Position numbers and translations under genes: made by a program. The notes under the pieces are model-generated. The model made no database searches. It was not told the origin of the DNA and saw only the letters and a list, made by a program, of their open reading frames with translations. Of a DNA stretch of 64,000 bases, positions 32,349 through 43,167 are shown piece by piece. Each line of letters opens with the position of its first letter. Position 1 is the first letter of the stretch. The stretch is from the NCBI GenBank assembly GCA_963788655.1, contig CAWBHS010000110.1, forward strand, positions 64,001 through 128,000, given 5' to 3'. The stretch is from an uncultured Verrucomicrobiae bacterium. GTDB taxonomy: Bacteria; Verrucomicrobiota; Verrucomicrobiia; Limisphaerales; JAFGQR01.

Positions 32349-34307
32349 ATGGAACCCGCTTCCGCCAAGCCAGCCCGCGACGCAAAGTCCTCCGGTGCTC
32401 CGCTATCCGCGGCAGCTCCATCGGAGCGACGTGGATTCCTCTCGCCGTTGCGCGTTCGCCTGTCATTGCTGGTTCTGCTGGCCTGGTTGCCGGTCGTGGC
32501 CTTGGTGATTGCCTCGTCCTTTTCTGACCGTGCCAAGGCGGCGGCAGCGGCCAAAGAGGATTTGTTACGGACGGTTCACACCGTGGCCCGCCGGCAGCAG
32601 GAATACATCGATTCCACCCGTCAATTGCTCCGCGCCTTGGCGCGCTGGCGGTTCCTCGTTCCCGAAAATGCGGATCGCGCCCGCGAACAATTTACGGAGA
32701 TTTTGTCCCTGCAAAAAACCTATGCCGACATCGGCGCCATCGATCATGAGGGACGAGTATTCGCCAGTGGCCGGCCCGACATGACCGGTCGGAATCTGGC
32801 GGAACGCGCGTTCTTTCGGGAAGCGATGAAACGGAAGAAATTTGTGGATGGTGATTATCATCTGGATCGGGCGACCGGCAAAGCGGTCCTTTGGCTGGCT
32901 CACCCGGTCACCAACCACGCGGGTGCAATCAGAGGTTTGGTCTATGCCGCGTTGAATCTGGATTGGATTTATCAATTCGCGCCCCAGGTGGACCTGTTGG
33001 AAAACTCGCACCTGATGGTATTTAACCGGACCGGCACGCTCTTGTTACAGTATCCGGACTCGGATCAGGTCCAGGCAGACGGATCACGAACGAACATGAC
33101 CGGTCTGGTGCAATTCCTGATGGAGGACAACGAGGGATCAGGGTTGGGAGGCAGCCGCACCCAGAACCGGATGGCCTATGCGTACGCTGCGCTGAGCAGC
33201 ACCGGCGGCTTTGCGGATGCCTGGGCGGTCGCTAGCATTCCGGCCGCCACCGTCTTCAGCGGGGCCCACTTGGTGCTGATGCAGAATTTGACGTTTCTGG
33301 GATTTGTCGGAGCGTTGGCGCTGGGGGCGGCGTGGTTTGGTGGGGACGTGTTGGTACTGCAACCGGTCAACACGCTGGCCCAGGCCACCCATAGCATCCG
33401 CGGCGGTAATTTCAAAGTGCGGCCCGATATCAAACATGCGCCGGCCGAATTGGCCGAATTGGCCGAGGATTTCAGCGCGATGGCCCGGTCGCTGGAGGAA
33501 CGCATCGCCGAACGGGAACGGGCCGAAGCCGAACTGCGCCAACTCAACGAGGAATTGGAGCAACGGGTCGCAGCCCGGACGCAGGATCTGAAACGCTCTA
33601 ATGAGGAGTTGGAACAATTCGCCTACGTCGCTTCGCACGATTTGCAGGAGCCCCTGCGCATGGTGATCAGCTACATGCAGTTGTTGCAGCAGCGTTATCA
33701 AGACAAGCTGGATGCCAACGCCGGAGACTTCATTGAGTTTGCCGTGGAGGGCTCGCGGCAGATGCAACGGCTGATCAACGACCTCCTATCGTATTCGCGG
33801 GTAGGCACGCGGCAACGACCGTTGGAACCGACGGACATGGAACGGGTCCTGGAACGGACGCTTACCAATTTGAAAGTGGCCCTCGAGGAAAGCGAGGCGG
33901 TGATCACGCACGACCCGCTGCCGGTCGTGCTGGGCGACGCCACGCAACTAGGCCAGTTGTTGCAAAACCTGATTGGCAACGCGATCAAGTTCCGCGGCTC
34001 GCATGCGTGTCGCGTCAACGTATCCGCGCGCCGGAGGGAATCTTGCGGCGGCGCTGGAAGGGAAACCGCCCCGCTCTGGGAATTTGCCATCCAGGACAAT
34101 GGGATTGGGATTGCGCCGGGGGATTATGAACGGATATTTGTCATTTTCCAACGGTTGCACAGCCGCGGGAAATACTCGGGCACCGGGATTGGCCTGGCGA
34201 TCTGCAAAAAGATTGTGGAACGACACGGCGGATGCATTTGGCCGGAGTCCGAGTTGGGCAAAGGCGCGCGCCTGTGTTTTACCCTGCCTGGCGTGCGGGC
34301 AGCCTGA
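32349..34307 (+). CDS. Cache-HAMP sensor histidine kinase
   Basis: TM-dCache-[20 protein letters not shown] and [18 protein letters not shown]. Confidence 0.9.
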   Translation: MEPASAKPARDAKSSGAPLSAAAPSERRGFLSPLRVRLSLLVLLAWLPVVALVIASSFSDRAKAAAAAKEDLLRTVHTVARRQQEYIDSTRQLLRALARWRFLVPENADRAREQFTEILSLQKTYADIGAIDHEGRVFASGRPDMTGRNLAERAFFREAMKRKKFVDGDYHLDRATGKAVLWLAHPVTNHAGAIRGLVYAALNLDWIYQFAPQVDLLENSHLMVFNRTGTLLLQYPDSDQVQADGSRTNMTGLVQFLMEDNEGSGLGGSRTQNRMAYAYAALSSTGGFADAWAVASIPAATVFSGAHLVLMQNLTFLGFVGALALGAAWFGGDVLVLQPVNTLAQATHSIRGGNFKVRPDIKHAPAELAELAEDFSAMARSLEERIAERERAEAELRQLNEELEQRVAARTQDLKRSNEELEQFAYVASHDLQEPLRMVISYMQLLQQRYQDKLDANAGDFIEFAVEGSRQMQRLINDLLSYSRVGTRQRPLEPTDMERVLERTLTNLKVALEESEAVITHDPLPVVLGDATQLGQLLQNLIGNAIKFRGSHACRVNVSARRRESCGGAGRETAPLWEFAIQDNGIGIAPGDYERIFVIFQRLHSRGKYSGTGIGLAICKKIVERHGGCIWPESELGKGARLCFTLPGVRAA

Positions 34308-34400
34308 CGCTTCGTCCGCGGCGCCTGCGTTGGGCCTGCCAACTAAAGGGTGGAAACTCCACGGGAAAAGGGTATCGTGCGGCAACACCATAATCTGGCG

Positions 34401-36428
34401 ATGAAGGCTACTACGGTGACGGGAAAAATACGGGTATTATTGATCGAAGACAGTCCCGGGGACGCGCGCTTGATGCGCGAGTATCTCGCAGACCCGGACG
34501 GAGAAATCTTTGAACTGGGGCACGTCAACAACCTGGCTGAAGGCTTGAAAAGCCTGGAGCAAGGCAACATCGGCTTGGTGCTGTTGGATTTGTCACTGCC
34601 CGATTGCCATGGGATCGCCACGTTCACTAAAACCAAAACGTGTGCTCCGGATGTGCCCATCATCGTTTTGAGCGGTAGGGATGACGAGGCGCTGGCGATG
34701 CGCACAGTCCATGAAGGCGCTCAGGATTATCTGGTCAAAGGGCAGGTGGACAGCCGGCTGTTGCTCCGCGCGATGCGCTACGCTATTGAACGAAAACGCG
34801 CCGAGGAAGCCCTGGCCAAGGAGCGGGATCTGCTGCACACGCTGTTGAACAGCCTGCCGGATCGGATTTATTTCAAAGACCGCAACAGCCGCTTCATTCG
34901 GATCAGTCGCGCTGTGGCGGAGCAATTCAAGATCAAGGATCCGCGCGAAGCGCTGGGCAAAACCGACCGCGATTTCTTCCTGCTGGAACACGCGCAAGCG
35001 GCCTTGACCGATGAACAGAAAATCATCCGCACGGGCGAAGCCATCTTGAATAAGATCGAGCGCGAAACTCTAGCCGACGGAAAGATTACTTGGGCGCTGA
35101 CTTCGAAGCTGCCGTTGAAGAACAAACGCGGCCGTATCATTGGCAGTTTCGGGATTTCCCGCGACATTACCGAGATCAAGCAAATCGAGGCGGCCCTCGG
35201 TGCCGAGCGGAATTTGCTGCGTAACTTGATTGATAATCTGCCGGACTACATCTACGTCAAAGATCGCGCGGGATGTTACCAAATCGACAACATTGCGCAT
35301 CGGCGTTTCTTGGGGGTCGAGAAGCTGGATGACGTAGTGGGCAAAACCGACGCGGATTTCTTTCCGCTGGAAACGGCCGAACAATTTCGACAAGACGAAC
35401 AAACGGTTTTCGAAACCGGCCATCCCGTGCTCAACCGTGAAGAACCGGTCATCGATCGCTCCGGCACGGCCCGATGGCATTCGACGACCAAGGTTGCGCT
35501 GCGCGATTACGAAGGCAAAATCACCGGACTGGTCTGCATCAGCCGCGACATCACCGAACGCAAGTTGTCGGAAGAACAGTTGCGTCAGGCCTACGCCGAT
35601 CTGGCGCAGAGCAAGGAACAACTTCAACAAACGCTCGATGAATTGAAGAAATCCCACGAAGAACTCAAGGCCGCCCAATCGTATCTCATCGAAGCGGAGA
35701 AGATGCAGACCGTGGGCCGGTTGGCGGCCGGCGTGGCACACGAAGTCAAGAATCCCTTGGGCATCCTGGGCATGGGCGTCGAGTACTTGGCCAAGTGCCT
35801 GGATAACGCCGATCCCAACGTGGCGCCCGTATTGACCGACATGAAGGAGGCCATCAGCCGTGCGGACTCAATTATTTTGGGCTTGCTCGATTTTTCCGTG
35901 CCGCGCGACTTGAACGCCCGGGCCGAAGATTTGACCGCGCTGTTGGAACAAACCCTCACGATGGTACGTCACGAAATGTCCCTGGTGCCCATTCAATTAG
36001 TCAAGGAGTTGGCTGCAGACCTACCGCGGTTATGGCTGGATCGGAACAAAATTATTTCCGTTTTCGTGAATCTCCTGACCAACGCCATCCATGCGATGAG
36101 CGTCGATGGCGGCACCCTGACAGTTCGTACCTACGCCACCGAGTTACAGGCCCGGGAAACTGACCGGGATGCCGGTTTGCGGAGCGGCGAGCGGTTCCGG
36201 GCGGGGGATAAGGTGGTGGTCGCCGAGGTTCTGGATACCGGCAAAGGGATTCCAGAAGAAAAGCTGGCGCAGATTTTCGAACCGTTCTTTACCACCAAGC
36301 CCACCGGTAAGGGCACCGGATTGGGTTTGACGGTCACCAAGCGTATCATTGAAATGCACGGCGGCAGTATTGAAATCCGCAATCGCCAAGAAAACGGGGC
36401 GCAAGTCAGAGTCATGTTCCGAGCCTGA
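34401..36428 (+). CDS. Cytoplasmic REC-PAS-PAS histidine kinase
   Basis: N-terminal receiver (LLDLSLPD, GAQDYLVK), two PAS/PAC domains, AHEVKNPL and FEPFFTTK...GTGLGL. Confidence 0.92.
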   Translation: MKATTVTGKIRVLLIEDSPGDARLMREYLADPDGEIFELGHVNNLAEGLKSLEQGNIGLVLLDLSLPDCHGIATFTKTKTCAPDVPIIVLSGRDDEALAMRTVHEGAQDYLVKGQVDSRLLLRAMRYAIERKRAEEALAKERDLLHTLLNSLPDRIYFKDRNSRFIRISRAVAEQFKIKDPREALGKTDRDFFLLEHAQAALTDEQKIIRTGEAILNKIERETLADGKITWALTSKLPLKNKRGRIIGSFGISRDITEIKQIEAALGAERNLLRNLIDNLPDYIYVKDRAGCYQIDNIAHRRFLGVEKLDDVVGKTDADFFPLETAEQFRQDEQTVFETGHPVLNREEPVIDRSGTARWHSTTKVALRDYEGKITGLVCISRDITERKLSEEQLRQAYADLAQSKEQLQQTLDELKKSHEELKAAQSYLIEAEKMQTVGRLAAGVAHEVKNPLGILGMGVEYLAKCLDNADPNVAPVLTDMKEAISRADSIILGLLDFSVPRDLNARAEDLTALLEQTLTMVRHEMSLVPIQLVKELAADLPRLWLDRNKIISVFVNLLTNAIHAMSVDGGTLTVRTYATELQARETDRDAGLRSGERFRAGDKVVVAEVLDTGKGIPEEKLAQIFEPFFTTKPTGKGTGLGLTVTKRIIEMHGGSIEIRNRQENGAQVRVMFRA

Positions 36429-36557
36429 CCGCCTGAAACGGCACCTTCCGGCGATCTGCGAAAAGTGGACCCTGGGATCAGGGGCATTCGCCGCAAGGAG
36501 GGCCAATGAGAATGAGTTGACTGCTTCTGTGAAAGTGGTATCACGTGGATCAGCGGC

Positions 36558-36959
36558 ATGGATAAGAAGCGCATATTGATTATTGACGATGAACCGAGCT
36601 TCACGCGAATGGTAAAGCTCAATCTCGAAAAGACCGGGAGTTTCGATGTTCGTGAGGAGAACAAAGCCACGTATGCGCTGGCCGCTGCCCGCGAATTCAA
36701 GCCCGATTTGATATTGTTGGACGTCATCATGCCTACCATGGATGGAGGCGATGTGGCAGCTCAGCTCGAGAATGATAAATCGCTGCAAGGCACGCCGATT
36801 GTGTATTTGACTGCCACTGTTTCCCGCCGGGAAGCAGGTATCGGCGGCTTGAACAGCGGGGGGTCGCTTTTCTTGGCCAAACCAGTGAGTCTGGAACACC
36901 TCATCAAGTGCATCAACGAAAACGCCAAGAAAACTGAGGAATCGGAAGAAACGCCTTAG
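36558..36959 (+). CDS. Single-domain response regulator
   Basis: ILIIDDE, LILLDVIMP and LAKPV. Confidence 0.9.
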   Translation: MDKKRILIIDDEPSFTRMVKLNLEKTGSFDVREENKATYALAAAREFKPDLILLDVIMPTMDGGDVAAQLENDKSLQGTPIVYLTATVSRREAGIGGLNSGGSLFLAKPVSLEHLIKCINENAKKTEESEETP

Positions 36960-37034
36960 GGCATGGTTTCTGACATCGGGGATGACCACTTACTTCGTCG
37001 TTTAGAAGCAGCCAAAAATCGCGAGCGAGATGGT

Positions 37035-37203
37035 ACAATCAAATGGGCCGGACGAATCCGGCCCATTGGTGATAAGGTCGTATACGCCTTCACCCAGGCG
37101 CTCAGAAGGGTAGTGAGGCCAACTTTCCTACTCGCTGTTCGAACCTCACTACAAGCAAGACCTTTCTGCCAACCCTAAACGAACAGCGAAATCTTTCGCT
37201 CAT
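37035..37203 (-). ncRNA. Candidate small RNA with H-type pseudoknot potential
   Basis: Promoter TTGAAC(37237-37232)-17-TATCTT; crossing perfect helices 37180-89/37132-41 and 37144-52/37110-18; 11-bp terminal hairpin 37042-37067. Confidence 0.45.
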
Positions 37204-37451
37204 AGAATAAGATAGTCACAAACCTGATTTTGTTCAAAATAATTTCATGACTCCAGAGCAAGTAGCTGGTTTTAAAGTCATTACGACTAAAGATTTCTCC
37301 AATGACTCGATGGATATTGATGGTCTGGCGGGTCATATAATTGTTCAAGGGTCACCTGAAATAATCACAATTCTCATCGTGGATTGCCCGATCTCGAAGC
37401 AAGATTCTCCGGCTAGCAGCAATCCAGCTATTCCTTCGATTGCAGTTCCGT

Positions 37452-39013
37452 TCAGGCTTTCGGCTGCGGGTGCCGCCAAACATGGCCATCAGACTCGAGC
37501 AAGGCCTCCGCAGCTTTGGGACCCCAAGTGCCGGCGGTATAGAACTCATCTTTACGAGAGTCCGATTGTCCCACCCTTGGCGAATGGGATCGACAATGTT
37601 CCAGGCAGCTTCGACTTCGTCCCGACGGAGAAATAGTGTCGGATCGCCTCCCATGGCCTCGAGCAAAAGCCGTTCGTAGGCCTCAGGAGTGTAGGCTCCG
37701 AATTCCGAGTCATAACTGAAATGCATGCGCACTGGCCGCAACTGCATCGTTGGCCCCGGAATCTTCCCGTTGAAACGGAGGGATATGCCCTCATTGGGCT
37801 GCAAACGCAACGTAATCGAATTGGCGTCTAAACGGGGGCCGCATTGAGCGGCAAACAAGACGTGGGGGGTTTCGCAGAATTGCACGCGGACTTCGCTGGC
37901 GCTAACCGGAAGATTCTTGCCGGTGCGCAGATAGAAAGGCACGCCGGACCAGCGCCAATTGTCGATGAACAGCTTCAAGGCGACATACGTTTCCACATTG
38001 GAATCCGGACGCACTTTTGGCTCCTCACGATAAGCGGCTCGAGGGTTCCCATTGATCGTTCCAGTGGTGTATTGGCCGCGCACGACCGCACTTGGAACGT
38101 GCTCCGCGTCGAGGATGCGAATGGAGCGAAGCAATTTGACCTTTTCGTCACGGATTGCTTCCGCTTCCAGTGACGTGGGCGGCTCCATGGCCACCAACGC
38201 CAGCACCTGCAACAAATGATTCTGAACCACGTCACGCAAGGCTCCCGTTTCCTCATAGAAACCGCCGCGCGCGCCAACGCCAAATGTCTCGCTCAGGATG
38301 ATTTGCACATGGTCCACCATTTGGCGGTGCCAGAGATTTTCGAAAATCGCGTTGGAGAACCGGAACATCAGGATGTTTTGGATCGTTTCTTTGCCCAGAT
38401 AATGATCGATGCGAAAGATCTGCTTTTCATTCGCAAACCGGGTGAACACCTCATTAAGTTCACGGGCCGAAGTTAGGTCATGTCCAAAGGGCTTCTCAAC
38501 CACCACGCGCTGCCAGGAACCGCCGGTTTCACCCTTGGCCAGCAGGCCAGACTGAGCAAGGTTCTCGATGATGGTGGCGAACTGGCTGGGTTGGGTGGCA
38601 AGATAGAACAGCAGGTTCTTCTGCAAGGATTCCGGTTGGAATCGCTTCAGCGTATGGCCCAGGTTCGTGTAGGCCTCGGTTTCGTTGAGGTCACCCCGGC
38701 AATAAGAAACAAGCTGCGCAAAATCATCCCATTGCCGGGGATCAATTGGCTTGGTTCGGGAGAACTGTTCCAACGCCCCTCGCAGTTCCTCACGCCATTG
38801 CGCGTCGGATTTTTCGCGCCGGGCAAAGCCCACGATCCGAACTGGCGTGGGTAATTGCCGGCCAATGAACAGATGGTACAGCGCCGGAATCAATTTGCGG
38901 GCCGTGAGATCTCCACTGGCACCAAAGATTACGATGGTACACGGTTCGAGGTTTTTTTGGCGGGTGTCCAGCCGGCATACCAATAGCTCATCCAATGGAT
39001 CAATGTATTTCAT
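37452..39013 (-). CDS. zwf: Glucose-6-phosphate 1-dehydrogenase, frameshift near 37550
   Basis: GASGDL, EKPFG, RIDHYLGKE, WSGVPFYLRTGK and AYERLL; the likely true tail YTAGTWGPKAA...WRHPQPKA* lies in the shifted frame. Confidence 0.95.
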
Positions 39014-39093
39014 CCGCGAAACACCTTCGCCAGTTTCGCACGAAATAGCAATCCCCGATGCGGGAAGACGAGCATTGAGCCGGGGAAAGTCTG

Positions 39094-39726
39094 TTATCGG
39101 GACAGTAGGCCAACGACCTGCCGGCGATCAATGGCACCGTAAGTGCGGCTGTCTTCGCTGATGCCGCGATTGTCCCCGAGCACGAAATACTGGTGGTCAC
39201 CCAGAACCACATACATTTGCTTGGAAAAGGGACAATCCGTCCGGGTGCCCGGCAGGAGATAAGGCTCTTGCTGCTGGGCACCGTTCAAATACACCGCGCC
39301 ATCCTTGACCTCGACCGTTTCGCCGGGCATGCCGACGATGCGTTTGACCGCATAATCCTGGTGGCCCGGATCCCGAATCACCACTAATTCGTCTCGTTGC
39401 GGCTCCCGGTAGTGGTAGCTGAGGCGGTTAAGGATGCACCGATCACCGTCCCGAAGCGTCGGCATCATGCTGCGGCCTTGAACGACGACAGCGGTTACCA
39501 CGTAACGGCTGACGAGATGATAACTGACCAGCGAGAAGATCAACAACCAGGCCAACACCAGAAGCTGACGCCGACATTCGACGAACACCGTTGACGGTTC
39601 CTGGCTTCGTATCGCTCTCGGTCTCCCCGGCACTATTGGATACGACACAGAAGTGGTCCTGGGAGGAAGGCTTGGGCCTTCCTCCCAGGTTTTTCTTTTT
39701 TTTGGTTGGGTCGGCAGAGAAATCAT
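39094..39726 (-). CDS. lepB: Signal peptidase I
   Basis: GRSMMPTL (Ser), VKRIVGMPGE (Lys) and YFVLGDNRGISEDSR. Confidence 0.9.
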   Translation of the reverse strand: MISLPTQPKKRKTWEEGPSLPPRTTSVSYPIVPGRPRAIRSQEPSTVFVECRRQLLVLAWLLIFSLVSYHLVSRYVVTAVVVQGRSMMPTLRDGDRCILNRLSYHYREPQRDELVVIRDPGHQDYAVKRIVGMPGETVEVKDGAVYLNGAQQQEPYLLPGTRTDCPFSKQMYVVLGDHQYFVLGDNRGISEDSRTYGAIDRRQVVGLLSR

Positions 39727-40174
39727 CGCAACATACGTTTCAACAGCGGTTTCTAATGTGTGCCTTACAGGTACAATTGCCGCGGGGAATGGACAATCAG
39801 GACAACTACCTCGAGGCGGGATGGTGGAATTACACACTTCGAAACAGGGGATTCCCTGGGATTTCCCGCGCCCTTGTAAAGGAGCCCAAGGAACAAGCGA
39901 TACAGACAACTTCGCCTCGAACGCAGGTTTTTCTTCTGCCCGCAGAAAAGGGCGAATGCGTTGGGTACGCAACGTCTTGCGCCAGGCCGGCCGTTACCGG
40001 ATTCAGGACATGCTGAGGAACCAGTCGTTTGCATACGGCCCGCGTCTCCCATTTGTGGCAATCAGTATGGCCGCGCGCCCGAAGCTGACGGGATGTCTGA
40101 ACATTTTGCCTTTCACGAAATGCCGGCACTTTTAGCAGATGACGTTGGTGGCGGCCTGCGGCTAAGATCGCAAC

Positions 40175-41506
40175 GTGAAGGCAACGACCAACCAGTCTTT
40201 ATTGCGGGTGGTCGCCCGGAGTTTCGTGGCGACCGTCTGGCCGATGGCGTCGCCGAACGATTCGGAGATTCAGCGCCGGCAGAAGGTGGCCGTCCGTAGC
40301 GGTCAGTTGGCGATGGTGGCCATGGTGGGAACCGCCGTGGCCGGCACGGCACTTACGAATTCTCAGACGTTTTCCGGATGGCAACTCCTGGCTCTGGCCG
40401 GGGCGAGCCTCGTTTACATCGGTTGGAGTCTGCACGGAATGCGCGATGCGGTCCGGTCCATGTTGGGCCATCCAGGCGCGCCCACCAATATCGCTGGGTC
40501 GGGCCGGGCCCCGGCTGGAGCGGTGCCTTACTTCACCCTGCAACTGGGTTTGGCGGGGCTGGTGTATTATCTGGGCGACCAAGGAAACGTGGCTCCGTTG
40601 CTGTGGCTGGTGTTGCTGCCGCCGGTGGCGCACAGTGTCATCTTGCTGCGTGGACCGGGTATCGCCGTGGTTTCGGTTCTCAGCATGGCAATTCTCATCT
40701 TCAACCAGCTCTATTGGCACGGGTGGCAATGGGTGCCGAACGCCGGGTTGGCATTTTCCTCCGCGGTGTTGTTTACGCTGGTGTTCACGTTGCTGGCGGT
40801 GAGTTCCGAAAAAGCCCGTGGCGAAGTGCAGCGACTCGCGGGCGAATTGGGTGAAGCCAATCGCAAGTTGCGCGAATACGCCGTGCAAGCCGAGGAACTG
40901 GCCGCCACGCGCGAACGCAATCGGCTGGCCCGGGAAATCCATGACAGCCTCGGACATTACTTGACGGTGGCCAACGTGCAGCTCGAGGCGGCCCGCGCGT
41001 TACACACCCGCGAACCGATGCGCGCTCACGACGCGCTGGTCAAAGCGCAGTCGCTCATTCAAGAAGGGTTGCAGCAGATCCGCCATTCGGTGGCGACGTT
41101 GCGTACTTCACCACTGGACAACCAACCTTTGGCCGAAGCGTTGCGGCAGATGGTGGAGGAAAGCTGCACCAGCGGACTGGCCGCGGAAATGGTGGTCCGC
41201 GGCGCGGTTCGTTACTTGCCAGCACCGGCCGAGCTGACGCTCTATCGGGCGGGGCAGGAAGGGCTTACCAACGTACGCAAACACGCGCAAACGGGCCGCG
41301 CCCAATTGGTGTTGGATTATCAGGATTCGGCGAAGGTACGCCTGAGTGTCAGCGACGAAGGAGCGGGAGCAACGGACGGTGCCGCCAGCGCGAGTGGCTT
41401 TGGTCTGCTCGGTTTGCGCGAGCGGGCGCAACTTCTAGGCGGCGAAGTCCGGGTGCGGACGGCGCCCGGGGCGGGATTCACGCTGGAAGTTGAGGTGCCC
41501 GGTTAA
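40175..41506 (+). CDS. Membrane sensor histidine kinase (HisKA_3/NarX-like)
   Basis: Several TM helices; ERNRLAREIHDSLGH, QEGLTNVRKHA and GFGLLGLRER; start codon uncertain. Confidence 0.9.
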   Translation: MKATTNQSLLRVVARSFVATVWPMASPNDSEIQRRQKVAVRSGQLAMVAMVGTAVAGTALTNSQTFSGWQLLALAGASLVYIGWSLHGMRDAVRSMLGHPGAPTNIAGSGRAPAGAVPYFTLQLGLAGLVYYLGDQGNVAPLLWLVLLPPVAHSVILLRGPGIAVVSVLSMAILIFNQLYWHGWQWVPNAGLAFSSAVLFTLVFTLLAVSSEKARGEVQRLAGELGEANRKLREYAVQAEELAATRERNRLAREIHDSLGHYLTVANVQLEAARALHTREPMRAHDALVKAQSLIQEGLQQIRHSVATLRTSPLDNQPLAEALRQMVEESCTSGLAAEMVVRGAVRYLPAPAELTLYRAGQEGLTNVRKHAQTGRAQLVLDYQDSAKVRLSVSDEGAGATDGAASASGFGLLGLRERAQLLGGEVRVRTAPGAGFTLEVEVPG

Positions 41507-41513
41507 TGACCTT

Positions 41514-42179
41514 ATGAAAACGACTTCCGAACCCATTCGCCTCCTGTTGGTGGACGATCAAGCGTTGTTCCGCGAGGGACTGCGAACGCTGTTGTCCGTG
41601 CAGTCGGATTTGGAGGTCGTGGGTGAAGCGGCCAATGGTGAGGAAGCGGTGCAGCGGGTGCAGACGTTGCAGCCCCAGGTCGTCCTGATGGATTTGCGCA
41701 TGCCACGGCTCGGTGGCGTGGAAGCCACCCGGCGGGTGCGCGCCGCGGCTCCCGAAGTTCAAGTCATCGTGCTCACCACGTTTGACGACGACGAGGAAGT
41801 GTTCGACGCGTTGCGCGCCGGCGCGGTGGGCTACCTGTTGAAAGATGCGCCATCGGAAAAACTGGTCGAAGCCATCCGTGCGGCGGCCCGCGGCGAGTCC
41901 TTCCTGCAACCATCGATTGCCGCCAAAGTGGTGGCCGAATTCAACCGGTTGTCTCGCACGCGCCCGCCGGCCAATGCCACCTTGGTGGAACCGCTATCTG
42001 ACCGCGAGTGTGAAGTGCTCCGCCACCTGGCTTCGGGCAAGAGCAACAAGGAAATCGCCGCGGCCTTGGACTTGGCGGAAGGCACGGTAAAGAACCACAT
42101 GACCAATATTCTGGGCAAGCTGGGCGTGCTGGACCGCACCCAAGCCGCCCTCAAAGCGCGTGAATTGGGATTGATTTGA
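41514..42179 (+). CDS. NarL/LuxR-family response regulator
   Basis: Receiver domain plus LSDRECEVL...GKSNKEIA...EGTVKNHMTNIL HTH. Confidence 0.93.
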   Translation: MKTTSEPIRLLLVDDQALFREGLRTLLSVQSDLEVVGEAANGEEAVQRVQTLQPQVVLMDLRMPRLGGVEATRRVRAAAPEVQVIVLTTFDDDEEVFDALRAGAVGYLLKDAPSEKLVEAIRAAARGESFLQPSIAAKVVAEFNRLSRTRPPANATLVEPLSDRECEVLRHLASGKSNKEIAAALDLAEGTVKNHMTNILGKLGVLDRTQAALKARELGLI

Positions 42180-42230
42180 AGGAACGACAAATGGTCAAAC
42201 ACGTCATCCATCCGCCTCGGAACATCCATC

Positions 42231-43160
42231 ATGATTGAGGTCATCGGCCTACAAAAGCGGTACCACGAACTGTGGGCGGTGAACGACATCCAGTTCGAAG
42301 CCCGGCCCGGCGAGATCTTCGGTTTGCTGGGGCCCAATGGCGCCGGCAAGACAACCACCATCGGGTGCATCTCAGGCTTGCTGGAGCCGACCGCCGGACA
42401 GGTTCGCGTGTTGGGGCACGACCTCGCACAGGAGGGGCGCGAAGCGCGGAAGCACTTGGGCTTTGTCCCGCAGGAACTGGCGCTCTACGAAGATTTGTCC
42501 GCCACGGAAAACCTGGTGTTTTGGGGCGGGGCGTACGAGATGCGTGGAGCCGCCCTCACCGAGCGGGTTCACGAAGTACTGAACGCCGTGGGGCTTTTGG
42601 ATCGAGCCAAGGAGCCAGTCAAACGCTTCAGTGGCGGCATGAAACGCCGGTTGAATTTCGCGTGCGGGGTTTTACACCGACCGCAAGTCCTCTTGCTGGA
42701 CGAGCCGACCGCCGGTGTCGATCCGCAATCGCGCGTGCGGTTGCTCGAGCTGGTGCGCGCGGAAGCCGCCCGCGGCGCCTGCGTGCTCTACACCACCCAT
42801 TACATGGAAGAGGCCGAAAGCTTGTGCGACCGTCTCGCCGTCATGGATCAGGGGAAAATCATCGCCGCGGGCACCCTGGCCGAACTCCGGCAGATGGTGG
42901 GGGAAAATGATGTGTTGTTGTTCCAAGGTACTTTTGATCCGGCTCCGGTCCGGGACGCGCTCCAAACAATTGACGGCGTGCAGGTCTTGCAGGCCGAACC
43001 CGATTCGTTACGCCTGGCGCTCCGCGATGCCTCACGCAAGTTGGCCGATGTGTTCCACGCCCTGGCCGCCGCTCACGCCACCGTGCGGGAAACGACGCTC
43101 ACCCAGCCCAACCTGGAAAGTCTGTTCATCACACTAACCGGTCGCAAACTTCGCGAATAA
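42231..43160 (+). CDS. ABC-2 exporter ATP-binding subunit
   Basis: GPNGAGKTT, FSGGMKRR and LLLDEPTAGVDPQSR. Confidence 0.95.
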   Translation: MIEVIGLQKRYHELWAVNDIQFEARPGEIFGLLGPNGAGKTTTIGCISGLLEPTAGQVRVLGHDLAQEGREARKHLGFVPQELALYEDLSATENLVFWGGAYEMRGAALTERVHEVLNAVGLLDRAKEPVKRFSGGMKRRLNFACGVLHRPQVLLLDEPTAGVDPQSRVRLLELVRAEAARGACVLYTTHYMEEAESLCDRLAVMDQGKIIAAGTLAELRQMVGENDVLLFQGTFDPAPVRDALQTIDGVQVLQAEPDSLRLALRDASRKLADVFHALAAAHATVRETTLTQPNLESLFITLTGRKLRE

Positions 43161-43167
43161 TCCCGCC

